Part shown: positions 27,603-37,813 of the stretch, one piece after another
Layout: each line of letters begins with the position of its first letter
Numbering within the stretch: the stretch's first letter is position 1
The notes under the pieces: model-generated
Databases searched by the model: none
The model's input: the letters and a program-made list of their open reading frames with translations, nothing else
Told to the model about the DNA's origin: nothing
Translations under genes and position numbers: made by a program
DNA from: Paenirhodobacter sp.
GTDB taxonomy: Bacteria > Pseudomonadota > Alphaproteobacteria > Rhodobacterales > Rhodobacteraceae
NCBI RefSeq assembly: GCF_050177655.1
Contig: NZ_JBFXGV010000006.1
Coordinates: 4,467-68,466 of the forward strand
Direction: 5' to 3'
Length of the DNA stretch: 64,000 bases

Positions 27603-29882
27603 ATGTCCGAGGACCGCCACGATCCGGCGCGCCATCCGGCGCTCGATTACCACGAATTCCCCAAGCCCGGGAAGCTCGAGATCCGGGCGACGAAGCCGCT
27701 CGCGAACGGGCGCGACCTGAGCCGCGCCTATTCGCCCGGTGTCGCCGAGGCCTGCCTCGAGATCAAGGCCGATCCCGCCACCGCGGCGCGCTACACCGCG
27801 CGCGGCAATCTCGTCGCGGTCGTGACGAACGGCACCGCGGTGCTTGGGCTGGGCAACATCGGCCCGCTCGCCGCGAAACCGGTGATGGAGGGCAAGGCCG
27901 TCCTCTTCAAGAAATTCGCCAATATCGACGCTTTCGACATCGAGCTGAACCAGCCCGACCCGGAAAAGCTCGCCGAGATCGTCTGCGCGCTCGAACCCTC
28001 CTTCGGCGCGATCAACCTCGAGGACATCAAGGCCCCCGACTGTTTCATCGTCGAAAAGATCTGCCGCGAGCGGATGAACATCCCGGTCTTCCACGACGAC
28101 CAGCACGGCACCGCGATCGTGGTGGGCGCCGCGGCGACCAATGCGCTCGCCATCGCCGGCAAGAAATTCGACGAGATCAAGGTGGTCTCGACGGGCGGCG
28201 GCGCGGCGGGCATCGCCTGCCTCAACATGCTGCTCAAGCTCGGCGTGAAACGCGAGAATGTCTGGCTGTGCGACATCCACGGCCTCGTCTACGAGGGCCG
28301 CGCCGAGGACATGAACCCGCTCAAGGCGGCCTATGCGCAAAAGACCGACAAGCGCAGCCTCGGCGAGGTGATCGACGGCGCCGACCTGTTCCTCGGCCTT
28401 TCCGGCCCCGGCGTGCTGACGCCCGAACATGTCGCGCGCATGGCGCCGCGCCCGATCGTCTTCGCGCTGGCGAACCCGACGCCGGAGATCCTCCCCGACG
28501 CCGTCCGCTCGGTCGCCCCCGAGGCGATCATCGCCACCGGGCGCAGCGATTTTCCCAATCAGGTCAACAACGTCCTGTGCTTCCCCTTCATCTTCCGCGG
28601 CGCGCTCGACGTCGGCGCGACGGAGATCAACGACGCGATGTCGGTGGCCTGCGTCGAGGGGATCGCGGCGCTCGCCCGCGCCACCACCTCGGCCGAGGCC
28701 GCCGCCGCCTATCACGGCGAGAAGATGACCTTCGGCCCCGATTACCTGATCCCGAAACCCTTCGATCCGCGGCTGATCGGCGTCGTCTCCACCGCCGTCG
28801 CCAAGGCCGCGATGGAAACCGGCGTCGCCACCCGCCCGATCGCCGACCTCGCCGCCTACAAGCGCAAGCTCGAGGGCTCGGTGTTCAAATCCGCCCTGCT
28901 GATGCGCCCGGTCTTCGAGGCCGCCGCCACCGCCTCGCGCCGGATCATCTTCGCCGAGGGCGAGGATGAGCGCGTGCTGCGCACCGCCAATGCGATGATC
29001 GAGGAAACCACCGATCGCCCGATCCTGATCGGCCGCCCCGAGGTGATCGAGGCGCGGCTCGAACGCATCGGCCTGCCGCTGCGCCCGGGCACCGATTTCG
29101 AGGTGGTCGACCCGAACAACGACCCGCGCTATCGCGACTATTGGGAGACCTATCACCGGCTGATGGCGCGCCGCGGCGTGACCCCCGACCTCGCCCGCGC
29201 GATCCTGCGCACCAACACCACGGCGATCGCCGCGCTCGCCGTGCATCTGGGCGACGCCGACAGCATGATCTGTGGCACCTTCGGCCAATATCTGTGGCAT
29301 CTCAACTACATCCGCCAGGTGCTCGCGCGCGACGGGCTGCATCCGCAGGGCGCGCTTTCGCTGATGATCCTCGAGGACGGGCCGCTCTTCATCGCCGATA
29401 CCCATGTCCATCACGAGCCGACGCCGGAGCAGATCACCGCCACCGTGCTCGGCGCCGCGCGCCACGTCCGCCGCTTCGGCCTGGTGCCGAAGGTCGCGCT
29501 CTGCTCGCACAGCCAGTTCGGCAATCTCGACACCGACTCGGGCCGGCGGATGCGTGCCGCGCTCGAACTGCTCGACCAGCGCCAGCCCGATTTCGGCTAT
29601 GAGGGCGAGATGCATATCGACGCCGCGCTCGACCCCGCGATCCGCGCGCGCCTGATGCCCGAAAGCCGGCTCGAGGGCGCGGCGAACGTCCTCGTCTTCG
29701 CCAATACCGATGCCGCCTCGGGGGTGCGCAACATCCTCAAGGTGAAGGCCGGCGGGCTCGAGGTCGGGCCGATCCTGATGGGCCTGGGCAACCGCGCCCA
29801 TATCGTCACCCCCTCGATCACCACCCGCGGCCTGCTCAACATGTCGGCGATCGCCGGCACCCCGGTCGCCAGCTACGGCTGA
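27603..29882 (+). CDS. maeB: NADP-dependent malic enzyme (malic enzyme plus PTA-like C-terminal domain)
   Basis: The 759-aa protein contains [25 protein letters not shown] and [11 protein letters not shown]. The C-terminal half is phosphate-acetyltransferase-like. Confidence 0.95.
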   Translation: MSEDRHDPARHPALDYHEFPKPGKLEIRATKPLANGRDLSRAYSPGVAEACLEIKADPATAARYTARGNLVAVVTNGTAVLGLGNIGPLAAKPVMEGKAVLFKKFANIDAFDIELNQPDPEKLAEIVCALEPSFGAINLEDIKAPDCFIVEKICRERMNIPVFHDDQHGTAIVVGAAATNALAIAGKKFDEIKVVSTGGGAAGIACLNMLLKLGVKRENVWLCDIHGLVYEGRAEDMNPLKAAYAQKTDKRSLGEVIDGADLFLGLSGPGVLTPEHVARMAPRPIVFALANPTPEILPDAVRSVAPEAIIATGRSDFPNQVNNVLCFPFIFRGALDVGATEINDAMSVACVEGIAALARATTSAEAAAAYHGEKMTFGPDYLIPKPFDPRLIGVVSTAVAKAAMETGVATRPIADLAAYKRKLEGSVFKSALLMRPVFEAAATASRRIIFAEGEDERVLRTANAMIEETTDRPILIGRPEVIEARLERIGLPLRPGTDFEVVDPNNDPRYRDYWETYHRLMARRGVTPDLARAILRTNTTAIAALAVHLGDADSMICGTFGQYLWHLNYIRQVLARDGLHPQGALSLMILEDGPLFIADTHVHHEPTPEQITATVLGAARHVRRFGLVPKVALCSHSQFGNLDTDSGRRMRAALELLDQRQPDFGYEGEMHIDAALDPAIRARLMPESRLEGAANVLVFANTDAASGVRNILKVKAGGLEVGPILMGLGNRAHIVTPSITTRGLLNMSAIAGTPVASYG

Positions 29883-29890
29883 CCCGCCCG

Positions 29891-29923
29891 GCGTCGCGAA
29901 GATTTGCAAAACCTTCGCGACGC
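29891..29923 (+). terminator. 11-bp-stem hairpin just after maeB
   Basis: The hairpin is GCGTCGCGAAG-(11 nt loop ATTTGCAAAAC)-CTTCGCGACGC. The loop contains a TTTGCAAA box. Confidence 0.5.
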
Positions 29924-29948
29924 CGCGTCACATTGAATAATTTCAGCG

Positions 29949-30003
29949 TGTTTGCAAAAATTTGCGTCACGTTCTCGCGAAGATCTGCAAATATTTCGCA
30001 ACA
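29949..30003. promoter_or_regulatory. TTTGCAAA-type boxes upstream of the prpE-like gene
   Basis: TTTGCAAA-AA-TTTGCGTC spans 29951-29968 and TCTGCAAA spans 29984-29991. An 18-nt direct repeat, TCGCGAAGAT(T/C)TGCAAA(A/T), occurs at 29894-29911 and 29975-29992. Confidence 0.4.
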
Positions 30004-30083
30004 ATGCCCCCTCACCCCCCGCAAGAATCTTGCGGGAATCTTTCAGGCTTTTTAACAAGCCTACAGTCTGGAGGAGGCATGTG

Positions 30084-31976
30084 ATGGGATACAAAGAGGT
30101 TTACGACGCCTGGATGCAGGATCCGAACGGTTTCTGGATGGAAGCCGCCGAGGAAATCGACTGGGTGCAGAAACCGACCAAGGCGCTGTTCGACGACAAC
30201 GCGCCGCTTTACGAATGGTTCTGCGACGCCCAGGTCAACACCTGCTGGAACGCGGTGGACCGTCACGTGCTGGCCGGCCGCGGCGATCAGATCGCGATCA
30301 TGCACGAAAGCCCGATCACCCATTCGACCAAGGGCATCACCTACAAGGAATTGCAAAAGCGGGTGGCCTCGCTCGCCGGCGCGCTGCGCATGCGCGGCGT
30401 TGAAAAGGGCGACCGCGTCATCATCTACATGCCGATGATCCCCGAGGCGCTCGAGGCGATGCTCGCCTGTGCCCGCATCGGCGCGATCCATTCGGTGGTG
30501 TTCGGCGGTTTCGCGGCGCATGAACTCGCCGTGCGCATCGACGACTGCACGCCGAAGGCGATCATCGCGGCCTCCTGCGGCCTCGAGCCGAACCGCGTCG
30601 TGCATTACAAGCCGCTCCTCGACGAGGCGATCGAACTCGCCGCCCACAAGCCCGAATTCTGCGTGATCTTCCAGCGCGAGCAGGAAGTGGCGAAGCTGAT
30701 CGAAGGCCGCGACTTCTCCTGGCACGGCTTCCAGTATGGCGTGAAACCGGCCGAATGCGTCGCGGTCGAGGGCGATCACCCCGCCTATATCCTCTACACC
30801 TCCGGCACCACCGGCCAGCCGAAGGGCGTCGTGCGCCCGACCGCGGGCCATCTCGTCGCCCTGCAATGGACGATGAAGAACATCTACAACATCGAACCGG
30901 GCGACCGGTTCTGGGCCGCCTCCGACGTGGGCTGGGTCGTCGGCCACAGCTACATCTGCTATGGCCCGCTGCTCGCCGGTGCGACCACGATCGTCTTCGA
31001 GGGCAAGCCGATCGGCACGCCGCATCCGGGCGTGTTCTGGCGCGTGATTCAGAACAACCGGGTGAAGAGCTTCTTCACCGCCCCCACCGCGCTGCGCGCG
31101 ATCCGGCGCGAGGATCCGAACGGCGACTGGATCAAGCGCTACAAGCTGCACGAGATGCAGGCGCTGTTCCTCGCCGGCGAACGCGCCGACCCGGACACGG
31201 TGAAATGGGCGCAGGAACATCTGAAGGTGCCGGTGATCGACCACTGGTGGCAGACCGAAACCGGCTGGGCGATCGCGGGCAACCCGCTTGGCATCGAACT
31301 CCTGCCGATCAAGCTCGGCTCGCCCTCGGTGCCGATGCCCGGCTATGACGTGCAGATCCTCGACGAGGGCGGCCATCCGCTGCCCGATGGCGAGCTCGGC
31401 GCGATCGCGATCAAGCTGCCGCTGCCCCCCGGCACGCTGCCCACGCTCTGGAACGCCGAGGAGCGCTACAAGAAGAGCTATCTGAGCCATTTCCCCGGCT
31501 ATTACGAAACCGGCGATGCCGGCTACAAGGACGAGGACGGCTATCTCTACATCATGGCGCGCACCGATGACGTGATCAACGTCGCCGGCCACCGGCTTTC
31601 CACCGGCGCGATGGAGGAGGTGCTCGCCTCGCACCCCGACGTCGCCGAATGCGCGGTGATCGGCGCCGCGGACGAGCTCAAGGGCCAGATGCCGCTCGGC
31701 TTCCTGTGCCTGAACAAGGGCTGCACCCGCGACCACCGCACGATCATCAAGGAATGCGTCGGCCTCGTGCGCGACCAGATCGGCCCGGTCGCGGCCTTCA
31801 AGGACGCGCTCGTCGTCGATCGCCTGCCGAAGACCCGCTCGGGCAAGATCCTGCGCGGCACGATGGTGAAGATCGCCGATGGCGAAAGCTACAAGATGCC
31901 GGCGACGATCGACGATCCCGCGATCCTCGACGAGATCACCGCCGCGCTGAAGGCCGTGGGCCTGCCGCGCAGCTGA
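30084..31976 (+). CDS. prpE: propionate--CoA ligase / acyl-CoA synthetase (ACS family)
   Basis: The 630-aa protein starts YKEVYDAWMQDPNGFWMEAAEEIDW, an ACS/PrpE-type N-terminus. It has YTSGTTGQPKGV and a C-terminal PKTRSGKILR. The RBS is GGAGGAGG. Confidence 0.8.
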   Translation: MGYKEVYDAWMQDPNGFWMEAAEEIDWVQKPTKALFDDNAPLYEWFCDAQVNTCWNAVDRHVLAGRGDQIAIMHESPITHSTKGITYKELQKRVASLAGALRMRGVEKGDRVIIYMPMIPEALEAMLACARIGAIHSVVFGGFAAHELAVRIDDCTPKAIIAASCGLEPNRVVHYKPLLDEAIELAAHKPEFCVIFQREQEVAKLIEGRDFSWHGFQYGVKPAECVAVEGDHPAYILYTSGTTGQPKGVVRPTAGHLVALQWTMKNIYNIEPGDRFWAASDVGWVVGHSYICYGPLLAGATTIVFEGKPIGTPHPGVFWRVIQNNRVKSFFTAPTALRAIRREDPNGDWIKRYKLHEMQALFLAGERADPDTVKWAQEHLKVPVIDHWWQTETGWAIAGNPLGIELLPIKLGSPSVPMPGYDVQILDEGGHPLPDGELGAIAIKLPLPPGTLPTLWNAEERYKKSYLSHFPGYYETGDAGYKDEDGYLYIMARTDDVINVAGHRLSTGAMEEVLASHPDVAECAVIGAADELKGQMPLGFLCLNKGCTRDHRTIIKECVGLVRDQIGPVAAFKDALVVDRLPKTRSGKILRGTMVKIADGESYKMPATIDDPAILDEITAALKAVGLPRS

Positions 31977-32110
31977 CCGATCGGCGGAGGCCCCCGGGCC
32001 TCCGCCCCGCCCTCCCGCACGGCGCCGGAAACGGTTAATTTCTTCCGCCGCTTTCATCAATTTCTTGATTTGCGCCCGCCATGTCGGAATGATCCGACAA
32101 AGGTTCGGTC

Positions 32111-33643
32111 ATGAGCAATTCTTTCACGGTTTCAGGCGCCTCGCAGCCCGCCCCCCTCTCCGACGAAAAGGCGCAACTGGCGCGGGTCATCCTGCTTGGC
32201 CACGATCTGCGCGCGGCCGTCTCCGACATCCTCGGCGGGCTGCGGATGATCTCGCACGAGACGCTCGACGACACCACCCGGCTGCAGCTCGAACGGATGC
32301 GTGCCGCGGGCGAGGTGATGGCGCGGCTGATCGAGGAAGGGCTCGACATCGTCGCCGAACAAACCACCTGCCGGCAGGCGATCCAGACCGCGCGGCTGCT
32401 TTATGACCTCGAGATGCGCTGGTCGGGGCGGGCGCAGGAAAAGGGGCTCGACTTCCACGTCGCCCTCGCCCCCGACGTGCCGCCGATGCTCGAGATCGAC
32501 CGGCTCGCGCTCGAGCGGATCCTCGCCAACATGCTCTCGAACGCGATCAAATACACCGATCGCGGCCGGGTGCGGGTGATCGCCACGCTCGACACGCCCG
32601 AGCGGATGCGGATCACCGTGCTCGACGACGGCCCCGGCTTCTCCCCCGCCGCACTCGAGCGGCTCTTCGAATATGGCGGGCGCGGCGAGGATACCGGCAA
32701 GCCGGGCTACGGGCTCGGCATGTTCATCTCGCGCGACATGGCGGGGCGGCTCGGCGGGCTGATCGAGGTCGAGAACCGGCCCTCAGGCGGGGCGCGCGTC
32801 GCGCTCACCCTGCCGCTGGGCGCCCTGCCGCCCCCCGCGCCGGAGGAGGGGCCGCTGCCCGATCTCGCCGGTTGCCGCGTGCTGATCGCCGATGACAGCG
32901 CGGTCAATCGCGCGGTGCTGCATCACATGCTCACGACGCTCGGCGCCAGTTGCGATTTCGCGGTCGACGGGCTCGAGGCGCTGCGGCTGTGCGAGGCGCT
33001 GCCCTACGATCTCGCCGTGCTCGACGTCGAGATGCCGCGGCTCTCCGGGATCGAGCTGATGCGCCGGCTGCGCGCGGGCCCCGGGCCGAACCGCGCGCTG
33101 CCGATCGTCGCCTGCACCGCCTATGTGCTGCGCGCCAATCGCGAGGCGCTGCAGGATGCGGGGGCCGATGCGATCGTGGCGAAGCCGCTCACCCGGGTCG
33201 AGCCGCTCGCCCGCGCGATCGTGCTGGCCACCGGGCGGGGCGCGCCGCAGCCGCCCGAACGCGCCGCGACGGCCGCTCTCGCCGAGCTCGACATCGGCCG
33301 TTTCGAGCGGCTGATCGAAATCGCCGGGCCGGAGGGCGCCCCCGATCTGGTCGAGCGCCTCGCCAGCGATCTCGCCCGGGTCGAGCGCAACCTCGTCACC
33401 GCGCTCACCCAGATCGACCGCGACGCGATCCGCGCCGAGACGCATACGCTCGTGGCGATCGCCGGGGCGGTGGGCGCCGATCGGCTGCGCGCGCGCAGCG
33501 AGGCGCTCAACGCCTGCGCCCATGGCGACGACCTCGTGCTGCTGCGCCCGCTCGGCCGCGAGGTGCTCTCGCAGCTCGACCGTCTGATCCATTTCACCGC
33601 CCAGCGCCGCAGCGCGCTCACGCCGCCCGGGGGGCTGCCATGA
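32111..33643 (+). CDS. hybrid sensor histidine kinase / response regulator with C-terminal HPt, no TM or obvious sensor domain
   Basis: The motifs are an H-box (LGHDLRAAVSDILG), N-box (LSNAIKYT), G-boxes (DDGPGF, GYGLGM), a REC domain (VLIADDSAVNR...LDVEMP) and an HPt-like segment (ETHTLVAIAGAVGA). Confidence 0.9.
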   Translation: MSNSFTVSGASQPAPLSDEKAQLARVILLGHDLRAAVSDILGGLRMISHETLDDTTRLQLERMRAAGEVMARLIEEGLDIVAEQTTCRQAIQTARLLYDLEMRWSGRAQEKGLDFHVALAPDVPPMLEIDRLALERILANMLSNAIKYTDRGRVRVIATLDTPERMRITVLDDGPGFSPAALERLFEYGGRGEDTGKPGYGLGMFISRDMAGRLGGLIEVENRPSGGARVALTLPLGALPPPAPEEGPLPDLAGCRVLIADDSAVNRAVLHHMLTTLGASCDFAVDGLEALRLCEALPYDLAVLDVEMPRLSGIELMRRLRAGPGPNRALPIVACTAYVLRANREALQDAGADAIVAKPLTRVEPLARAIVLATGRGAPQPPERAATAALAELDIGRFERLIEIAGPEGAPDLVERLASDLARVERNLVTALTQIDRDAIRAETHTLVAIAGAVGADRLRARSEALNACAHGDDLVLLRPLGREVLSQLDRLIHFTAQRRSALTPPGGLP

Positions 33644-35022
33644 CCCTCGCCACACCCATCCCCCCGCCGCCGCCGCGCCCCGATATCCTGCTGATCGAGG
33701 ACACCTCCTCGATGCGCGCGATCTACGAGGCGCATCTGCGCCGCGCGGGTTTCACCACGGTTTCCGCCGCAAGCGCGGCAGAGGGGCTTGCGCTGTTTCG
33801 CCAGCACGAGGCGCCGGTGGTGCTGCTCGACCTCATGCTGCCCGACCGCGACGGCATCGAATTGATGAGCGATTTCTTTGCCTTGCGCCCCGCAACGGCG
33901 GTGATCGTGCTGACCGCCGACCGCTCGATCGACCGCGCAGTGACGGCGATGCGGGCGGGCGCGCAGGATTTCCTCGTGAAGCCGGTGAGCGAACACCGGC
34001 TGATGTCGGCGATCGAGAACGCCTTCGCCGCGGTGAACCTCACGCCCGCGGGCGATGGCGCCGAGCCCGCCGGGCCGCTCGGCGCCTTCATCGGCGGCTC
34101 GCCCGCGATGCGCGCGGTCTATGCCCGCATTCGTGCCGCGGCGCGCTCGATGGCGCCGGTCTGCATCATGGGCGAAAGCGGCTCGGGCAAGGAGCTCTGC
34201 GCCCAGGCCGTGCATCAGCTGTCGCTGCGCGGCTGCGGCCCGTTCATCACCTTCGACTGCGGCGCGATCCCCTCCGAACGGCTCGATTCCGAGCTTTTCG
34301 GCCATCGCCGCGGCGCCTTTCCCGGCGCGCTCGGCGACCGTCCGGGCGCCGCCGAACGCGCCGAGGGCGGCACGCTCTTCCTCGACGAGATCTGCGAGCT
34401 CGACCCCGCGCTGCAGCCGAAACTGCTGCGATTCCTGCAAGATGGTGCGATCCAGCCGCTTGGCGCCGACCGCCCGCAACGCGTGGATGTGCGCATCATC
34501 GCCGCCTCGACGATGCCGCCGCTCGAGGCGGTGCGCGCCGGGCGGCTGCGCGAAGACCTCTATTATCGGCTCGTGGTGGTGCCGATCACCATGCCGCCGC
34601 TGCGCGCGCGGCGCGAGGACATCCTGCCGATCGCCGAGGATCTGCTGCGCCGCTACGCCGCGCTCGAGGGGCGCAGCTTCGAGCGGATCGCCCCCGAGGC
34701 GCAGGCGGTGCTTTGCGCGCAGGACTGGCCGGGCAATGTGCGCGAGCTGATGAATGTGCTGCGCGCCGCGGTGGTGATGCATGACGGGGTCGCGCTCGAG
34801 GCCGGGATGCTGCCCCTCGACGGGCACAGCGGCCCGCCGGAGGCGGAGCCCGCCGCGCCGCCGCCCGGCACCGGCACGCCGCGCAGCCTCGCGCAGATCG
34901 AGCGCGAGGCGATCGAGGCGGCGCTCGCGCGGCACGGCGGTTCGGTGCCGCGGGCGGCGCGCGATCTCGACGTCGCGCCCTCGACGCTTTATCGCAAGCT
35001 GGACAGCTGGCGGAAGGATTAG
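33640..35022 (+). CDS. NtrC/LuxO-type response regulator (REC, AAA+ and Fis-type HTH) with a variant GAFPGA loop
   Basis: Its start makes an ATGA overlap with the kinase stop. The motifs are REC (ILLIEDT...LLDLMLPDRDG), Walker A (GESGSGKE), DSELFGHRRGAFPGA, and the HTH VPRAARDLDVAPSTLYRKL. Confidence 0.9.
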   Translation: MTLATPIPPPPPRPDILLIEDTSSMRAIYEAHLRRAGFTTVSAASAAEGLALFRQHEAPVVLLDLMLPDRDGIELMSDFFALRPATAVIVLTADRSIDRAVTAMRAGAQDFLVKPVSEHRLMSAIENAFAAVNLTPAGDGAEPAGPLGAFIGGSPAMRAVYARIRAAARSMAPVCIMGESGSGKELCAQAVHQLSLRGCGPFITFDCGAIPSERLDSELFGHRRGAFPGALGDRPGAAERAEGGTLFLDEICELDPALQPKLLRFLQDGAIQPLGADRPQRVDVRIIAASTMPPLEAVRAGRLREDLYYRLVVVPITMPPLRARREDILPIAEDLLRRYAALEGRSFERIAPEAQAVLCAQDWPGNVRELMNVLRAAVVMHDGVALEAGMLPLDGHSGPPEAEPAAPPPGTGTPRSLAQIEREAIEAALARHGGSVPRAARDLDVAPSTLYRKLDSWRKD

Positions 35023-35058
35023 CGCCGCTTCATCGGCGCGCCGGAAATTCAGAAGAAC

Positions 35059-35883
35059 TTACGCGAACTGCTCGCGCATCAGCCGCTCCTCGAGCCCATG
35101 GCCCGGATCGAAGAGGATGTGATGTTCGACCTTCGGCTCCGAGCGCACCTCGACCCAGAGCACCGGCTTGACCGAGGCGCGGCCATCGGCATCGGCCATC
35201 ACCGGGCGCTTCTCCGCCTCGAGCACGTCGAAGCGCACCACCGCCGAGGAGGGCAGGATCGCGCCCTGCCAGCGCCGCGGCCGGAAGCTCGCGATGCCGG
35301 TGAGTGCGAGCACGTCCGAGCCGATCGGCAGGATCGGCCCGTGCACCGAGAAATTGTAGGCGGTCGAGCCCGCGGGGGTGGAGACGATCGCGCCGTCGCA
35401 GACCAGCTCCTGCAGCCGCACCTTGCCATTGACCGAGATCCGCAGCTTCGCCGCCTGCGGCCCCGCGCGCAGAAGCGAGACCTCGTTGATCGCGAGCGCC
35501 TCATGCACCACGCCATCGTCGGTCTCGGCCCGCATCGCGAGCGGCTTGATCACCGCCGACTCGGCCGCGGCGAGACGCTCGGGCAGATCCTCGGCGACAT
35601 AGTCGTTCATCAGGAAGCCGACCGAGCCGCGGTTCATGCCATAGACCGGCAGGCCGGTCCCCTCGTGCAGGCATTGCAGCATGAACCCGTCGCCGCCCAG
35701 CGCCACGATCACGTCGGCCGCATAGCGCGGCACCTGACCGTAACGCGCGATCAGATCCTCGCAGGCGGCCTGCGCCGCCGGCGCCCGCGCTGCGGCGAAA
35801 TGGATATGGCTGGTTCCGGTCACGCCCCGCCCCCCGATTTTCCCCAGATGTGACAAGCGCGGATCGGAAACACAAGACGTCAA
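35059..35883 (-). CDS. nadK: NAD kinase
   Basis: It has VIVALGGDGFML (GGDG) and NRGSVGFLMN motifs. The start codon is uncertain; the track ORF begins at a TTG. Confidence 0.85.
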   Translation of the reverse strand: MTSCVSDPRLSHLGKIGGRGVTGTSHIHFAAARAPAAQAACEDLIARYGQVPRYAADVIVALGGDGFMLQCLHEGTGLPVYGMNRGSVGFLMNDYVAEDLPERLAAAESAVIKPLAMRAETDDGVVHEALAINEVSLLRAGPQAAKLRISVNGKVRLQELVCDGAIVSTPAGSTAYNFSVHGPILPIGSDVLALTGIASFRPRRWQGAILPSSAVVRFDVLEAEKRPVMADADGRASVKPVLWVEVRSEPKVEHHILFDPGHGLEERLMREQFA

Positions 35884-35991
35884 TCGTCACCGCCCACGCC
35901 GCTGCAAATTGACCTTTGGTCGTTTTGGGCGCTTTCGGGCCGTGGATTTCTGCGATAAACGACCCGCGACCACATCCTTCAGGAGACGCCC

Positions 35992-37284
35992 ATGACCGCC
36001 CAACGCGACGCTGGCTTCTTTACCGAGAGCCTCGCCACCCGTGACCCGGAGCTTTACGGCTCGATCCGGAACGAACTCGGTCGTCAGCGCGACGAGATCG
36101 AACTCATCGCCTCGGAAAACATCGTCTCGAAGGCGGTGATGGAGGCCCAGGGTTCGGTGATGACGAACAAATACGCCGAGGGCTATCCGGGCAAGCGCTA
36201 CTACGGCGGCTGCCAATTCGTCGACGTGGCGGAGAACCTTGCGATCGACCGCGCGAAGCAGCTCTTCGGCTGCGAATTCGCCAACGTGCAGCCGAACTCG
36301 GGCAGCCAGGCGAACCAGGGCGTGTTCAACGCGCTCTTGAAGCCCGGCGACACGATCCTTGGCATGAACCTCGCCTCGGGCGGTCACCTGACCCATGGCG
36401 CCGCGCCGAACCAGTCGGGCAAGTGGTTCCATGCCGTGCAATACGGCGTGCGCAAGCAGGACAGCCGGATCGACTATGACGAGGTTCGCGCGCTTGCGAA
36501 GGAGCATCAGCCGAAGCTGATCATCGCCGGCGGCTCGGCGATCCCGCGGCAGATCGACTTTGCCGAATTCCGCAAGATCGCTGACGAAGTCGGCGCGATG
36601 CTGATGGTCGACATGGCGCATTTCGCCGGTCTCGTGGCCGGTGGCGCGCATCCCTCGCCCTTCCCCTATGCCGATGTGGCGACCACGACGACGCACAAGA
36701 CGCTGCGCGGCCCGCGTGGCGGCATGATCCTGACGAACAACGAAGAGATCGCGAAGAAGGTCAACTCGGCGATCTTCCCGGGGATCCAGGGCGGCCCGCT
36801 GATGCATGTCATCGCCGCGAAGGCCGTGGCCTTCGGCGAGGCGTTGCGCCCCGAGTTCAAGGTCTATGCGCAGATGGTCATCTCCAACGCGCAGGCGCTG
36901 GCCGATGAGCTGATGAAGGGCGGCCTCGACATCGTCACCGGCGGCACCGACACCCATGTCATGCTCGTCGACCTGCGCCCGAAGGGCGTGAAGGGCAATG
37001 CGACCGACAAGGCGCTTGGCCGCGCGCATATCACCTGCAACAAGAACGGCATCCCCTTCGATCCGGAAAAGCCGACGGTGACCTCGGGCGTGCGTCTGGG
37101 CACCCCGGCCGGCACCACCCGCGGCTTTGGCGAGGAAGAGTTCCGCCAGATCGCGCGGATGATCATCAAGGTCGTCGACGGTCTCGCCGCCAATGGTGAG
37201 GACAACAACGACGCGGTCGAGGCCGAGGTCCGCAAGGAAGTCGCCGAGCTCTGCGCGAAGTTCCCGCTCTATCCGGGCATGTGA
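35992..37284 (+). CDS. glyA: serine hydroxymethyltransferase
   Basis: The 430-aa protein contains [10 protein letters not shown], and [14 protein letters not shown] (PLP lysine). Confidence 0.97.
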   Translation: MTAQRDAGFFTESLATRDPELYGSIRNELGRQRDEIELIASENIVSKAVMEAQGSVMTNKYAEGYPGKRYYGGCQFVDVAENLAIDRAKQLFGCEFANVQPNSGSQANQGVFNALLKPGDTILGMNLASGGHLTHGAAPNQSGKWFHAVQYGVRKQDSRIDYDEVRALAKEHQPKLIIAGGSAIPRQIDFAEFRKIADEVGAMLMVDMAHFAGLVAGGAHPSPFPYADVATTTTHKTLRGPRGGMILTNNEEIAKKVNSAIFPGIQGGPLMHVIAAKAVAFGEALRPEFKVYAQMVISNAQALADELMKGGLDIVTGGTDTHVMLVDLRPKGVKGNATDKALGRAHITCNKNGIPFDPEKPTVTSGVRLGTPAGTTRGFGEEEFRQIARMIIKVVDGLAANGEDNNDAVEAEVRKEVAELCAKFPLYPGM

Positions 37285-37304
37285 TCCGATCCAAAGTACT
37301 GACG

Positions 37305-37331
37305 AAAGGCCCCCCGCGCGGGGGCCTTTTG
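37305..37331. terminator. bidirectional rho-independent terminator
   Basis: AAAGGCCCCC-(CGCG)-GGGGGCCTTTT has A and T tracts on both sides. It lies between convergent glyA and the gene at 37336..37707. Confidence 0.7.
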
Positions 37332-37335
37332 CATG

Positions 37336-37707
37336 TCAGATCAGACCGCGCAGCCGCGCCACGATCAGCGCGAGCGCGCCGATCACCACGATGCCGAGCG
37401 CGCTCGCCGTCACCACGGAAAGCGCGAAGCGGCGCAGCCGCGCCCCGGCGCCGAGCGGCGCGAGATGGTGCACGCAGGTGTCGTAGGCGCGCGCGACCGC
37501 CGCCGCATCGAGCTGGCGGATCATCTTCGGCGAGGCGGCCTGCGCCTGGGCCGCGATCAGCACCTGCGCCGCGCGGCGCACCTTGCGCGGCAAGACCCGC
37601 GCGCGGCTTTCGACCCGCTCGCGCAGCGAATGGCCCCGCGCGCCGAGCCGCTGGGCCAGGAGCTGCGAGACGCGCTCGTTCATCTGGGAGAGGGTGACGG
37701 GATCCAT
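37336..37707 (-). CDS. hypothetical protein with C-terminal TM anchor
   Basis: The 123-aa protein runs from the ATG at 37707 (MDPVTLSQMNER...). Its C-terminus is SVVTASALGIVVIGALALIVA. Confidence 0.4.
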   Translation of the reverse strand: MDPVTLSQMNERVSQLLAQRLGARGHSLRERVESRARVLPRKVRRAAQVLIAAQAQAASPKMIRQLDAAAVARAYDTCVHHLAPLGAGARLRRFALSVVTASALGIVVIGALALIVARLRGLI

Positions 37708-37813
37708 GCCGGCCTCCGCTGCGATCGGGGCGAGCCTAGCGGTGCACCCCGGGCAGTGCAACCTGTGCGCGCGGGCACTGGAACCCGGCGCGCGAAGGCG
37801 TTACCTCTTGCCC

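Noticed and set aside
35884-35991. There might be a riboswitch (for example ZTP/pfl or THF) in the glyA leader.
   Set aside because: I could not find the conserved core strings I remember for ZTP (GACTGGCG and CCGCCTGGGC-like). No convincing pseudoknot or hairpin is present. The leader is only about 110 nt.
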